A program made the translations under genes and the position numbers. DNA of 64,000 nucleotides from an uncultured Candidatus Saccharibacteria bacterium (GTDB taxonomy: Bacteria > Patescibacteriota > Minisyncoccia > Phycocordibacterales > GCA-2401445). Below, piece after piece: positions 8,915 to 17,714 of this stretch; the stretch's first letter is position 1, and every line of letters begins with the position of its first letter. The stretch spans positions 28,321 through 92,320 of the forward strand of contig CAYTAR010000001.1 in assembly GCA_964436015.1 (NCBI GenBank), read 5' to 3'. Below the pieces are notes generated by a model. That model saw nothing but the letters and a program-made list of their open reading frames with translations. It searched no databases and had not been told where the DNA came from.

Positions 8915-11701
8915 ATGAAATATTTTTTCGCAATAGTTATAGTGTTCGCAGGACTTGTGTTGCCACAAGTGTCTTATTCAACAGGAGGACACGGCTGTGT
9001 TCTTGAAATCACCAAATCTGTGTCTAAGACAGAGGTAAAGCCTGGTGATTCAGTAGAGTTTACTCTTGATTTTAAGAATAGTGGGACTGGTAACTGTACG
9101 GGAGGAGGAGTTCGAGTACAAGACGTACTTGACTCAAATCTCACCTTTGTGAGCGCTACGAAATCTTCAAACGTGACACTTGGGTATTACAACGGAGTGC
9201 CGTTATACAATTCACAAAACAATACAGTTAGTTTTAATGCAAACACGCTGAGTCCTGGAGAGGTGGGTTGGGCAAAAATTGTTGCAACCGTGAATCAAAT
9301 TTCAGCTTGTGGCATAACTGAGATAAAGAATAAGGCACAGATTACTTCAAAAGAAATAGCGGGAAGCAGTGTAACTTCTTCAAATCCTTCTGTGTGGGTT
9401 ACGAGTAATGAGGTAGTTATGTCATACAATAAAGTATGTACTCCACCCCTTACCGCTATTTGCGAAGCTGACCCTGCATCAGTGCTCACTAATGAACCGG
9501 TTACCTGGTCTGCATTTGCAACTGGAGGAACTGGATCGTACACGTACGCGTGGAGTGGGGATCAAGGATTGAGTGGTGCTGGTGATACGGTAACCCATTC
9601 ATATGGTTTTGATGGAACAAAGCAAGCGCAAGTTATTGTAACTTCTGGGTCAGACCAATATACCGCTAACTGTAGTGTGAAGGTAACTGAACAACCCCTT
9701 TCGGAAGCGTGTCCGTTCGTACCAGCTCTCAATAGAACAATAATTTCTTTTGGTAATAAGAAAATTTTTGCGAATAGAACTCCCGCAGAGACTTATGTTG
9801 GACCAGTATCAGTAACTGTGCCGTCAGGCACCTACGTAGTTAGTTTGGCGTCATACGATGGCTACACGGGACGACGAACAGCGGTACAAACAAGCGAACG
9901 GTGGTTTCTTGAGCTTGCAAACTCAACACAAAAAGTAGAATCGGGCATTATCGCTGATGTTCCAGATCCAACCAATTCTGATTATGCAAAAATTGAGGAA
10001 ATGGTAAATCAAGCACTCTACATACCTTTCGACGTGACTCATGCCTACGCTCGTCACGCGGTTGTTTTTGGTGGAATATCAGGAACTGGAGCAAATAGCT
10101 TAAACCCGATATGTGCATCTCTTGATCTAGTTAATACAGAAACAGATATTTCACTTGTCTGCGAAGCTGACCCTGCATCAGTGCTCACTAATGAACCGGT
10201 TACCTGGTCTGCATTTGCAACTGGAGGAACTGGATCGTACACGTACGCGTGGAGTGGGGATCAAGGATTGAGTGGTACAAGCAGTTCACTTATGAAGTCG
10301 TATACAACGACGGGAGTAAAAAATGCTTCAGTTACAGTTACTTCAGGTACAAAAACTAAAACAGTAGAATGTAGTGTACAGGTCACACAAAGTACAACAA
10401 ATCCACCTTTAAATGCAGTCTGCGAAGCTGACCCTGCATCAGTGCTCACTAATGAACCGGTTACCTGGTCTGCATTTGCAACTGGAGGAACTGGATCGTA
10501 CACGTACGCGTGGAGTGGGGATGGAGGAGTAAACGCTACTACGAGTACCTTTACTAATACATACTCAACATCTGGTACTAAGAAAAATGAAGTAATTGTT
10601 GTTTCTGGTAGTGATCAGGTTACTCGCGAGTGTACCGTTGAGGTAACTTCAGGAGGAACGGGTGGTTCTCCGTTTGATGCAGTGTGTAAAGTAAGTGCGT
10701 CATCTGTGGGAATTGGATCTCTCGTTACCTATACCGCAGAGGCTGTAGGAGGAACAGGAAATTACACATACCTTTGGAGTGGAGATCAGGTTGATGGTAA
10801 TACGCAAGCGGGCGTTAATACTTCGTATACTTCAGTAGGAACTAAAAACGCGAGCGTTGCAGTAACTTCTGGTAGCGAGACCATTTCTTTGTCATGTAGT
10901 ACGTTGGTTACCGGTGGTGGAGGTGGATGTGTGGGTGGATGTGGTGGGGGTGGACCAACACCGCCTGTAGTAACTTTGCTTAAAAAGTTTTTCCCAGCAG
11001 AAGTAGTGCCACAAGATGAGTATCTTTCAATATACTTGAGTGCAGTTCCATACACCGGACTTGGTCCAACAGCTAAGACGATGATCGTTATCCTCTCTGC
11101 GTTAGTTTTGAGTGCTGGAATTGCATTTCTTCTTTCAAAGAAAATAGCAACACCAGGTGTTGCGCCACTTCGCACAAGAGATGCTCGTACAGAGAATCAT
11201 CCGCTTGCATCGTTTGGTATATTTGAACGGTCTGAAGTAAAGAATACTTCAAAACCTTACACGGAGTTTCTTCCAACTGAAGGCGAAATTCCTTCATACA
11301 TGCGACACGACGCTCACGAAGATACGACTAACGTAAATTATGAAAATGGTTTAAAAGCTACTACTCACACGGTGCATAGTGATGCGCGCGCACTGCTTAC
11401 CGCAATCGCACACAAAGATAGTGGTTCTGCCTTTGCGATTATTCGTGCAGAGCGTGCAAATGAGGTTAAGTTTGCAGAGTACATGACCGAAGTGGTATCT
11501 GCGCTCGATGCGGTATACCGAGAACGAATTGAAGGTAAGTATGCAAATGCAGACCATGAACTCAGTATGTTGTTCTCACGTTGGAGTAGTGAACAATTGG
11601 AGAGATTGATTACTCAGTTACTCCGTGCGGTAAATATGACCTATGCCGATGCGTACACCGCAACTCAGTTAGCTCTCGTTAGTGCACTCAATACTAATTA
11701 A
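8915..11701 (+). CDS. Large surface protein with signal peptide, four PKD-like repeat modules, Gly/Cys-rich stalk, internal sorting-signal-like segment (VPYTG + TM + KK) and 190-aa C-terminal domain
   Basis: Signal peptide MKYFFAIVIVFAGLVLPQVSYS; repeated CEADPASVLTNEPVTWSAFATGGTGSYTYAWSGD modules; GGGGGCVGGCGGGGPTPP; VPYTG-LGPTAKTM-IVILSALVLSAGIAFLL-SKK; adjacent to sortase. Confidence 0.75.
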   Translation: MKYFFAIVIVFAGLVLPQVSYSTGGHGCVLEITKSVSKTEVKPGDSVEFTLDFKNSGTGNCTGGGVRVQDVLDSNLTFVSATKSSNVTLGYYNGVPLYNSQNNTVSFNANTLSPGEVGWAKIVATVNQISACGITEIKNKAQITSKEIAGSSVTSSNPSVWVTSNEVVMSYNKVCTPPLTAICEADPASVLTNEPVTWSAFATGGTGSYTYAWSGDQGLSGAGDTVTHSYGFDGTKQAQVIVTSGSDQYTANCSVKVTEQPLSEACPFVPALNRTIISFGNKKIFANRTPAETYVGPVSVTVPSGTYVVSLASYDGYTGRRTAVQTSERWFLELANSTQKVESGIIADVPDPTNSDYAKIEEMVNQALYIPFDVTHAYARHAVVFGGISGTGANSLNPICASLDLVNTETDISLVCEADPASVLTNEPVTWSAFATGGTGSYTYAWSGDQGLSGTSSSLMKSYTTTGVKNASVTVTSGTKTKTVECSVQVTQSTTNPPLNAVCEADPASVLTNEPVTWSAFATGGTGSYTYAWSGDGGVNATTSTFTNTYSTSGTKKNEVIVVSGSDQVTRECTVEVTSGGTGGSPFDAVCKVSASSVGIGSLVTYTAEAVGGTGNYTYLWSGDQVDGNTQAGVNTSYTSVGTKNASVAVTSGSETISLSCSTLVTGGGGGCVGGCGGGGPTPPVVTLLKKFFPAEVVPQDEYLSIYLSAVPYTGLGPTAKTMIVILSALVLSAGIAFLLSKKIATPGVAPLRTRDARTENHPLASFGIFERSEVKNTSKPYTEFLPTEGEIPSYMRHDAHEDTTNVNYENGLKATTHTVHSDARALLTAIAHKDSGSAFAIIRAERANEVKFAEYMTEVVSALDAVYRERIEGKYANADHELSMLFSRWSSEQLERLITQLLRAVNMTYADAYTATQLALVSALNTN
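9461..9577 (+). repeat. Intragenic nucleotide-identical repeat copy 1 (117 nt) encoding PKD-like module start
   Basis: tgcgaagctgaccctgcatcagtgctcactaatgaaccggttacctggtctgcatttgcaactggaggaactggatcgtacacgtacgcgtggagtggggatcaaggattgagtggt identical to 10160-10276; antisense ORFs share identical peptide MYDPVPPVANADQVTGSLVSTDAGSASQ. Confidence 0.9.
10160..10276 (+). repeat. Intragenic repeat copy 2 (117 nt, identical to copy 1)
   Basis: Direct reading of sequence. Confidence 0.9.
10421..10522 (+). repeat. Intragenic repeat copy 3 (~101 nt identical, then diverges)
   Basis: Direct reading of sequence. Confidence 0.9.
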
Positions 11702-11712
11702 TTCATATAAAT

Positions 11713-11740
11713 AAAAAAATGCCCGATAGGGCATTTTTTT
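11713..11740. terminator. Bidirectional rho-independent terminator between convergent surface-protein gene and dnaE
   Basis: aaaaaaatgcccgatagggcattttttt: stem atgccc/gggcat with flanking A/T runs. Confidence 0.7.
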
Positions 11741-14700
11741 ATGCTTCCTTTGACACAAGTTGCTTTACTTTCTCAATAATTATACTTGGTGTTCCGTTGC
11801 GTTTGGAAAGCTTTCCTTTAACCGCTACGCATGTATCAAGTGCAATTATGTTACCGTATTCAACACACACATCTGGAAATACGACCGCTTCTATTGTTGC
11901 ACTGTAATCTGCAATAGAGATAAACATCATGTGCTTACCTTTCTTTGTAATTATCGGCTTTACTTCTGTGATAATGCCTGGAACTAAAACAGTGCTTCCT
12001 TCAAATCCTGATGTTGCTATGTGGGAGATGGTTGTGGTTTGTTTTGAAAAAATATCAGGAAACGCATCAAGCGGGTGACCGCTAATGTATAAACCAAGTA
12101 GTTCTTTTTCCCACGCAAGAAGTGTACTTGGAGGGAGTTTTTCTGCTTCAGGAAGCTTGATATCTTCAATAGATGTCTCAATAGTAGAGAAAAGCGAATC
12201 TTGATTAAGGGGCTTTCTAGTGGCTTCGCGATTATATGCGAGCAGGTTTTCCAAATGCATTAAGAGCGATGAGCGTTCACCAAAACTATCTAGTGCTCCC
12301 GCTTTGATTAATGATTCCAGTGATTTCTTGTTGAGGTTCTTATCAGTGATACGTGATAAGAAGTTTGAGAGAGAGGTAAAGGCACCGCGCTCTTCACGTT
12401 CAGTAATGATTGAATGGGCGATACCCTCACCAAAATTTTTAATCGTCGTGAGACCAAAACGAATGTGTTCAGTTTTGTCTGATTCAATAACTGAAAATCC
12501 TTCAAAACTGTAATTTACATCAGGTGGGAGAACTGGGATATTCATTCGCTTACACTCGCTAATTATTTCACTTATTTTTTCTACATCGCCTGATTCAGCG
12601 GTGAGAACAGCGGACATGTAAATTGCAGGGAAATTTGCTTTCATGTATGCCGTTTGATACGCCACCCGGCCATAGCTTGCCGCGTGCGCTTTGTTAAAAC
12701 CGTATGCGGCAAAAGGCTCAATTAACTTCCACAGCTTTTCACTTTTCTCAGTACTTAACCCACCAGCAAGGAATCCAGTTCTTAATTTTTCCTTCTGTGC
12801 TTCCATTTCTTCAGGTATTTTTTTACCCATAGCCTTACGTAGCTTGTCTGCTTCAAGCCATGAATAACCCGCAAGGTGAATCGCAATAAGCATGACGTCG
12901 TCCTGATAGGTAATTACACCGTATGACTGTTCAAGTATTGAGCGGAGTCTTTCATCTAGGTACGTTACTAGTTCAGGATTATGTTTTCGTTCAATGTATT
13001 GCGGAATCGACTCCATCGGTCCTGGTCGGTAGAGGGCAACCATTGCGTTGATGTCGTGTATGGTTGAAGGTTTAAGTTCTTTAAGAAATCGAGTCATGCC
13101 GGTACCGTTTAGCTGAAACAGACCTACGGTTTCTCCCCGAGCAAGCATTGCAAATGTTTTCTTGTCAGTGAGATCAATTTTTTCTATATCTATATCAATG
13201 TTTTTGTACTTTTTCACTCGAGCGACTGCATCCGCGAGAATAGAGAGGTTCCGCAAGCCAAGGAAGTCGAATTTTAAAAGCCCCGCATCTTCAACCCCGT
13301 GCATATCATACTGTGTAATGAGCTTCATTTCGCCCTTTGTATCAAACTGGAGTGGGGTAAAGTCAGTAAGTGTGGTTGGAGCAATTACTACACCAGCCGC
13401 ATGCACTGAAATGTGTCGTGCGCATCCTTCAATCTTTTTTGCCATATCAATAATCTCCTTCACCTCATCATCCGATTTGTAGAGTTTCTTTAGTTCCTCT
13501 TCAATTTCAAGGGCTCGGTCAAGCGTCATGGGAAATCCTTGTGAGCCCATAGGGATCAGTTTAGCTATTCTATCGCCAATGGTGTATTCAAAACCGAGCG
13601 CACGAGCAACGTCACGAACTGCACCACGTGCCATCATTGTTCCAAATGTTCCAATTTGAGCAACACAATCTGCACCATACTTAGCTCTGGCATACTCTAT
13701 CATTTCATCTCTCCTTATATCGGCATAATCCATATCAATATCTGGAGCAGAAGGTCGTTCGGGGTTAAGGAATCGCTCAAAGGGAAGTTTATACTCAAGT
13801 GGGTTTACGTTGGTAATACCAGAAAGGTAGGTAACTAGTGACCCTGCAACCGAACCTCTAATTGTAGTAAGAATATTTTTTGAATGAGCAAAATTAAGCA
13901 AGTCAGCCACTACAAGGAAGTAGGGGGCGTATCCCTTCTTTTTTATAATATCAAGCTCGTACTCAATGCGTGCGGTAACCTCAGGAGTATTCTCAAGGTT
14001 TCTTTTTTCAATTCCTTTGTACACCTTATCTCGAAGCGCATCGTCATGTGTCGGGAAGCCATACGTTTCTATTTGAGGAAATACCCATGTCCCAAGTTCA
14101 AGTTCAACAGTGCATGCGTCTGCAATAAGTGTTGTATTGGTTACTGCTTCGGGAATATATGAAAAAGCCGTACACATCTCATCAATGTTCTTAAATGAAA
14201 AATCTTCATTAGGATTGAGTGTGCGTTCACGTCCGCCACCAGACTGTACTGACATAAGTGTTTGCCGTGCAAGACGGTCTTCTTTTTCTAGGTAGTACAG
14301 TGCGTGTGTTGCAACCACAGGTATGTTGAGCTTTCGAGCAAGCTCAATAGTCGCCTTCATAAAAGTATCATGGTTTTCAAGTTCTGTATGACTAGAAAGT
14401 GCGACATAGAGGTTATCTTGGAATGTTTTTTTGTACCAAGAGAGTAATGCCTCTGCTTTGAGTAAGTCATTATCTCGTATCGCGTGTGCGACATCACTGG
14501 TTTCTGCGGGAACAATGGCAATTAGTCCGTCTTTGTACTCTTGTAACAACTCTTTGTCTGCACGGGGTTTGTAGTAGAAGCCTTCAAGGTGTGCTTTTGT
14601 AGTAATTTGAATAAGGTGCTTATAACCCACATTATTTTTTGCTAGCAGAACCACACGTGTGCGTCTGTTATCAATACCCGCTTGCTTATCAAAACGTGTT

Positions 14701-14921
14701 CTTTCTGCGAGGTAGCAATCGATTCCAAGGATAGGTTTTATGTCATTCTTTTTACACTCTTTATAGAACTCAATCGCTCCATACATATTCCCATCATCCG
14801 TTAATGCGAGCGCGGTCATGTTTGATTTTTTGGCATACGCCACAAGTTCCTTGATTTTCGGTAATGCGGAAAGCAGGCTGTAGTGGCTATGGACGTGCAG
14901 ATGGACAAAGTCTTTTTTCAT
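11739..14921 (-). CDS. dnaE: DNA polymerase III alpha subunit (start chosen at MKKDFVHLHVHS; ORF track extends to 15056)
   Basis: PHP domain HLHVHSHYSLLSA at N-terminus, polymerase core motifs (GLLKFDFLGLRNL, PDIDMD), OB-fold C-terminus. Confidence 0.9.
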   Translation of the reverse strand: MKKDFVHLHVHSHYSLLSALPKIKELVAYAKKSNMTALALTDDGNMYGAIEFYKECKKNDIKPILGIDCYLAERTRFDKQAGIDNRRTRVVLLAKNNVGYKHLIQITTKAHLEGFYYKPRADKELLQEYKDGLIAIVPAETSDVAHAIRDNDLLKAEALLSWYKKTFQDNLYVALSSHTELENHDTFMKATIELARKLNIPVVATHALYYLEKEDRLARQTLMSVQSGGGRERTLNPNEDFSFKNIDEMCTAFSYIPEAVTNTTLIADACTVELELGTWVFPQIETYGFPTHDDALRDKVYKGIEKRNLENTPEVTARIEYELDIIKKKGYAPYFLVVADLLNFAHSKNILTTIRGSVAGSLVTYLSGITNVNPLEYKLPFERFLNPERPSAPDIDMDYADIRRDEMIEYARAKYGADCVAQIGTFGTMMARGAVRDVARALGFEYTIGDRIAKLIPMGSQGFPMTLDRALEIEEELKKLYKSDDEVKEIIDMAKKIEGCARHISVHAAGVVIAPTTLTDFTPLQFDTKGEMKLITQYDMHGVEDAGLLKFDFLGLRNLSILADAVARVKKYKNIDIDIEKIDLTDKKTFAMLARGETVGLFQLNGTGMTRFLKELKPSTIHDINAMVALYRPGPMESIPQYIERKHNPELVTYLDERLRSILEQSYGVITYQDDVMLIAIHLAGYSWLEADKLRKAMGKKIPEEMEAQKEKLRTGFLAGGLSTEKSEKLWKLIEPFAAYGFNKAHAASYGRVAYQTAYMKANFPAIYMSAVLTAESGDVEKISEIISECKRMNIPVLPPDVNYSFEGFSVIESDKTEHIRFGLTTIKNFGEGIAHSIITEREERGAFTSLSNFLSRITDKNLNKKSLESLIKAGALDSFGERSSLLMHLENLLAYNREATRKPLNQDSLFSTIETSIEDIKLPEAEKLPPSTLLAWEKELLGLYISGHPLDAFPDIFSKQTTTISHIATSGFEGSTVLVPGIITEVKPIITKKGKHMMFISIADYSATIEAVVFPDVCVEYGNIIALDTCVAVKGKLSKRNGTPSIIIEKVKQLVSKEA

Positions 14922-14946
14922 ACAGAATAGTATACTATACGAGTAT

Positions 14947-15621
14947 ATGAATCGGCGAAAAATCATTGTTGGGGTTGATGAGGTGGGCCGTGGACCGATT
15001 GCTGGTCCTGTAACGGTAGGGATGGTGGTTATATATAAAACCATTCCCACATCCAAATTGCGGGGACTTAAAGACTCAAAAAAACTTTCAGCAAAAAAGC
15101 GTCATGAGTGGGTGGGGAACATACATACATTACGGTCTAAAGGATATTTGACATTTGATTGTGTCTCTATTAACGCAACAGAAATTGATTCAAAAGGAAT
15201 ACGGGCTTGTGTAACGAAGGGGGTAAAAATGCTTGTGAGAAGGCTTAAATTGCATCCAGAAGGAGTCGTCATGCATCTTGATTACGGGATTTCAGCGCCT
15301 CCTCAGTTTACTCAGACACAATACGTCAAAGGTGATGAACGTTTTAGTGAGATTGCTCTCGCTTCAATTCTTGCAAAAGAGACTAGAGACGCATATATGA
15401 TTTCACAGGCGCGAGTGTATCCTAAGTACGGGTTTGAACGTCACAAAGGATACGGTACTCTATTTCACCGTAATAAAGTGAGACAGTACGGTCTTTCTCC
15501 GCTACATAGAAAAACCTTCTGCACAAACAGTTTTGCACTATCTAGACAAAAGGGGATTTCAATGGGGGAAAATAGTAGCATGAGGCCAAAAGCTAAGCAC
15601 TTGCCAAAAAAGAGTCTATAG
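14947..15621 (+). CDS. rnhB: Ribonuclease HII
   Basis: IVGVDEVGRGPIAGPV catalytic DEVGRG motif, DSKKLS motif. Confidence 0.9.
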   Translation: MNRRKIIVGVDEVGRGPIAGPVTVGMVVIYKTIPTSKLRGLKDSKKLSAKKRHEWVGNIHTLRSKGYLTFDCVSINATEIDSKGIRACVTKGVKMLVRRLKLHPEGVVMHLDYGISAPPQFTQTQYVKGDERFSEIALASILAKETRDAYMISQARVYPKYGFERHKGYGTLFHRNKVRQYGLSPLHRKTFCTNSFALSRQKGISMGENSSMRPKAKHLPKKSL

Positions 15622-15638
15622 GGTATGCTATTTCAACT

Positions 15639-15914
15639 ATGACAGTACGAATGCGACATACCCGTTCACATACGGCAAACCGAAGAAGCCACCATGCGCT
15701 TTCTGGAACTCGAATTTCACTTGAAAACGGCGTTCCTCATCAGCGACATCGTGCGAGTGCGGTTACCGGTATGTATCGTGGGAAAAAAGTTATTGATGTT
15801 GATAAAAAAATCAACAAGCGAATGGCAAAGCAAAAACAGCACGCAGAAACTGATCCTGCACATTCACACGACGAGGCTTCAGGAGAAGTAAAAACTCTTC
15901 CAGCAGGTAAGTAA
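15639..15914 (+). CDS. rpmF: 50S ribosomal protein L32 (Cys-less variant with C-terminal basic extension, 91 aa)
   Basis: N-terminus MTVRMRHTRSHTANRRSHHAL matches L32 (MAV..R.S.S...RRSHHAL); canonical CxxC pairs absent. Confidence 0.75.
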   Translation: MTVRMRHTRSHTANRRSHHALSGTRISLENGVPHQRHRASAVTGMYRGKKVIDVDKKINKRMAKQKQHAETDPAHSHDEASGEVKTLPAGK

Positions 15915-15935
15915 TTTATTTTAGAAATACACAGA

Positions 15936-15975
15936 ACGCGAAGTTGTCCTCTGGATAACTTCGCGTTTTTGCTGT
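15936..15975 (+). terminator. Rho-independent terminator after rpmF
   Basis: acgcgaagttgtcctctggataacttcgcgtttttg: 10-bp stem acgcgaagtt/aacttcgcgt plus T-run. Confidence 0.7.
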
Positions 15976-15997
15976 ACTATTCTAAACATAGAATTGT

Positions 15998-16912
15998 TTG
16001 AGAAATATGGCAAATCGGCACCTTTCACGTTCAATTGTTCTTCAGACCCTCTTTGAGTGGGATTTTAATAACTCTCCTAAATCTAATTTTAGCTCAATGG
16101 TTAAGCGTAACATTGAGGAGTTTGCTCCAGGCCTCTCAGACACCTCGTTTATCAATACGCTTATTGATAGTATTGTTCAAAAGAAACCCGATTTGGATTT
16201 AATAATTCAAAAAGCTGCGCCCGAGTGGCCTATTGATAAGATATCAATAGTTGATAGAAATATTCTTAGAATTGGTTTATATGAACTTCTTTTTTCAGAC
16301 AGAAAGGAAGTTCCGGCAAAAGTAGCTATTAACGAATCTGTTGAACTAGCTAAGGCTTTTGGAGGAGAAAATAGTAGTAAGTTTGTTAATGGTGTTCTTG
16401 GTGCAGTGTACAAAGAAATCGGTGAACCGGGCAAGGATGAGGTAAGTAAAAAGAAGCAAAAGAAGAGTATTCCAGATATTCCTTACGAAGAAATGCCTAT
16501 TGAAAAACTAGGGGGTGCGGTTGTGTATTCAAAACATGAGGGAGAAATATATCTCGCACTCATTCATGACATCTTTGGCCACTGGACTCTTTCTAAAGGT
16601 CACTACAAAGAGGGAGAGGATGATGCATCAGGAACTGCTCGGGTAGTGTTAGAGGAAATGGGGTTAGGTGGTTTGGTGCTTAAAGATGAGCTTGGAAAAA
16701 ACGAGTACATTGCAAAAAATCCAGAAAAGGGAAAGATACGAAAACAGGTAGTATATCACTTGGCAGAAGTTCCGTATGCGCCAGTTGTTCTTGGAAAAAA
16801 ACAAGGATTAGATGATGCACGATGGTTTAAATTAACTGAAATACTTGACCTTAATTTTTATGACGATATACTGCCACTTATAACCAAAGCAGTTGGTATA
16901 TTAACAGCATAA
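15998..16912 (+). CDS. nusB: NusB (N-terminal ~150 aa) fused to a C-terminal NUDIX hydrolase domain
   Basis: NusB-like helical N-domain (RSIVLQTLFEWDF...DRNILRIGLYELLF..PAKVAINESVELAKAFGGENSSKFVNGVLG); C-domain carries Nudix box GHYKEGEDDASGTARVVLEEMGL (Gx5Ex7RxUxEExGU, with V at the RE position). Confidence 0.75.
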   Translation: MRNMANRHLSRSIVLQTLFEWDFNNSPKSNFSSMVKRNIEEFAPGLSDTSFINTLIDSIVQKKPDLDLIIQKAAPEWPIDKISIVDRNILRIGLYELLFSDRKEVPAKVAINESVELAKAFGGENSSKFVNGVLGAVYKEIGEPGKDEVSKKKQKKSIPDIPYEEMPIEKLGGAVVYSKHEGEIYLALIHDIFGHWTLSKGHYKEGEDDASGTARVVLEEMGLGGLVLKDELGKNEYIAKNPEKGKIRKQVVYHLAEVPYAPVVLGKKQGLDDARWFKLTEILDLNFYDDILPLITKAVGILTA

Positions 16913-16928
16913 CTTCTAGGGGCGATAT

Positions 16929-17666
16929 ATGGAGGGTGAAGGTATTCACCATCGATCTATCGTTCATAGTCACTCTATGAATTTTAAATCTTTTGAAGAA
17001 CGACTCGGGTTCGTTTTTACTAACCCAAAGTTGCTTGAGCAGGCTTTTACTCACCGTTCGTACTTAAACGAGAATAGAAACTTTAATGCACCGCACAATG
17101 AACGGTTAGAGTTTTTGGGTGATGCAGTTCTAGAGCTTGTTGTTACTGATTACTTGTACAAGGAGTTTCCTACGGATAATGAAGGGGTGTTGACTGCATA
17201 CCGCTCAGCGCTTGTTAACGCACAACTACTAGCTGAAGTCGCGCTACAGTTTGGAATGAATGATCATTTGTTGCTATCTAAGGGAGAAGCAAAAGATACC
17301 GGGCGAGCACGTCAGTATATTCTTGCAAATACTTTTGAATCTGTTACAGGCGCGATTTATTTAGATCAGGGATATGATCGGGCAAAAGATTTTATTTTGA
17401 AAAGTGTCATCCCGCAACTTCCACGAATTCTCAAAGAGCGACTCTGGCAGGATGCAAAAAGTTACTTTCAAGAAAAAGCTCAGGAGGTGCACGGTCAAAC
17501 CCCTGCGTATGTTCTTATTGGTGAATCTGGACCAGATCATGATAAATGTTTTACCGTCGCAGTAAAAATTGGGAATGATCAAATTGCGTCTGGACAGGGA
17601 AAAAGTAAGCAAGAAGCTGAACAAGACGCCGCACGAGTTGGCCTCAAGGTTAAGCAGTGGCTGTAG
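16929..17666 (+). CDS. rnc: Ribonuclease III (alternative start at 16977, MNFKSFEERLG)
   Basis: RNase III signature ERLEFLGDAVLELVVTDYLY, C-terminal dsRBD (GPDHDKCFTVAVKIGNDQIASGQGKSKQEAEQDAA). Confidence 0.9.
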   Translation: MEGEGIHHRSIVHSHSMNFKSFEERLGFVFTNPKLLEQAFTHRSYLNENRNFNAPHNERLEFLGDAVLELVVTDYLYKEFPTDNEGVLTAYRSALVNAQLLAEVALQFGMNDHLLLSKGEAKDTGRARQYILANTFESVTGAIYLDQGYDRAKDFILKSVIPQLPRILKERLWQDAKSYFQEKAQEVHGQTPAYVLIGESGPDHDKCFTVAVKIGNDQIASGQGKSKQEAEQDAARVGLKVKQWL

Positions 17667-17714
17667 TGTTTTATTTCTCCACACGAGAGTAACGTGTAGT
17701 GGTATACTAGTATC

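Noticed and set aside
14922-15056. N-terminal extension of dnaE ORF overlapping rnhB
   Set aside because: PHP domain begins at MKKDFVHLHVHS; extension would overlap the divergent rnhB start region and has no conservation.
15694-15891. 65-aa ORF in alternate frame inside rpmF
   Set aside because: Same-strand frame overlap of a clearly conserved L32 gene; no support.
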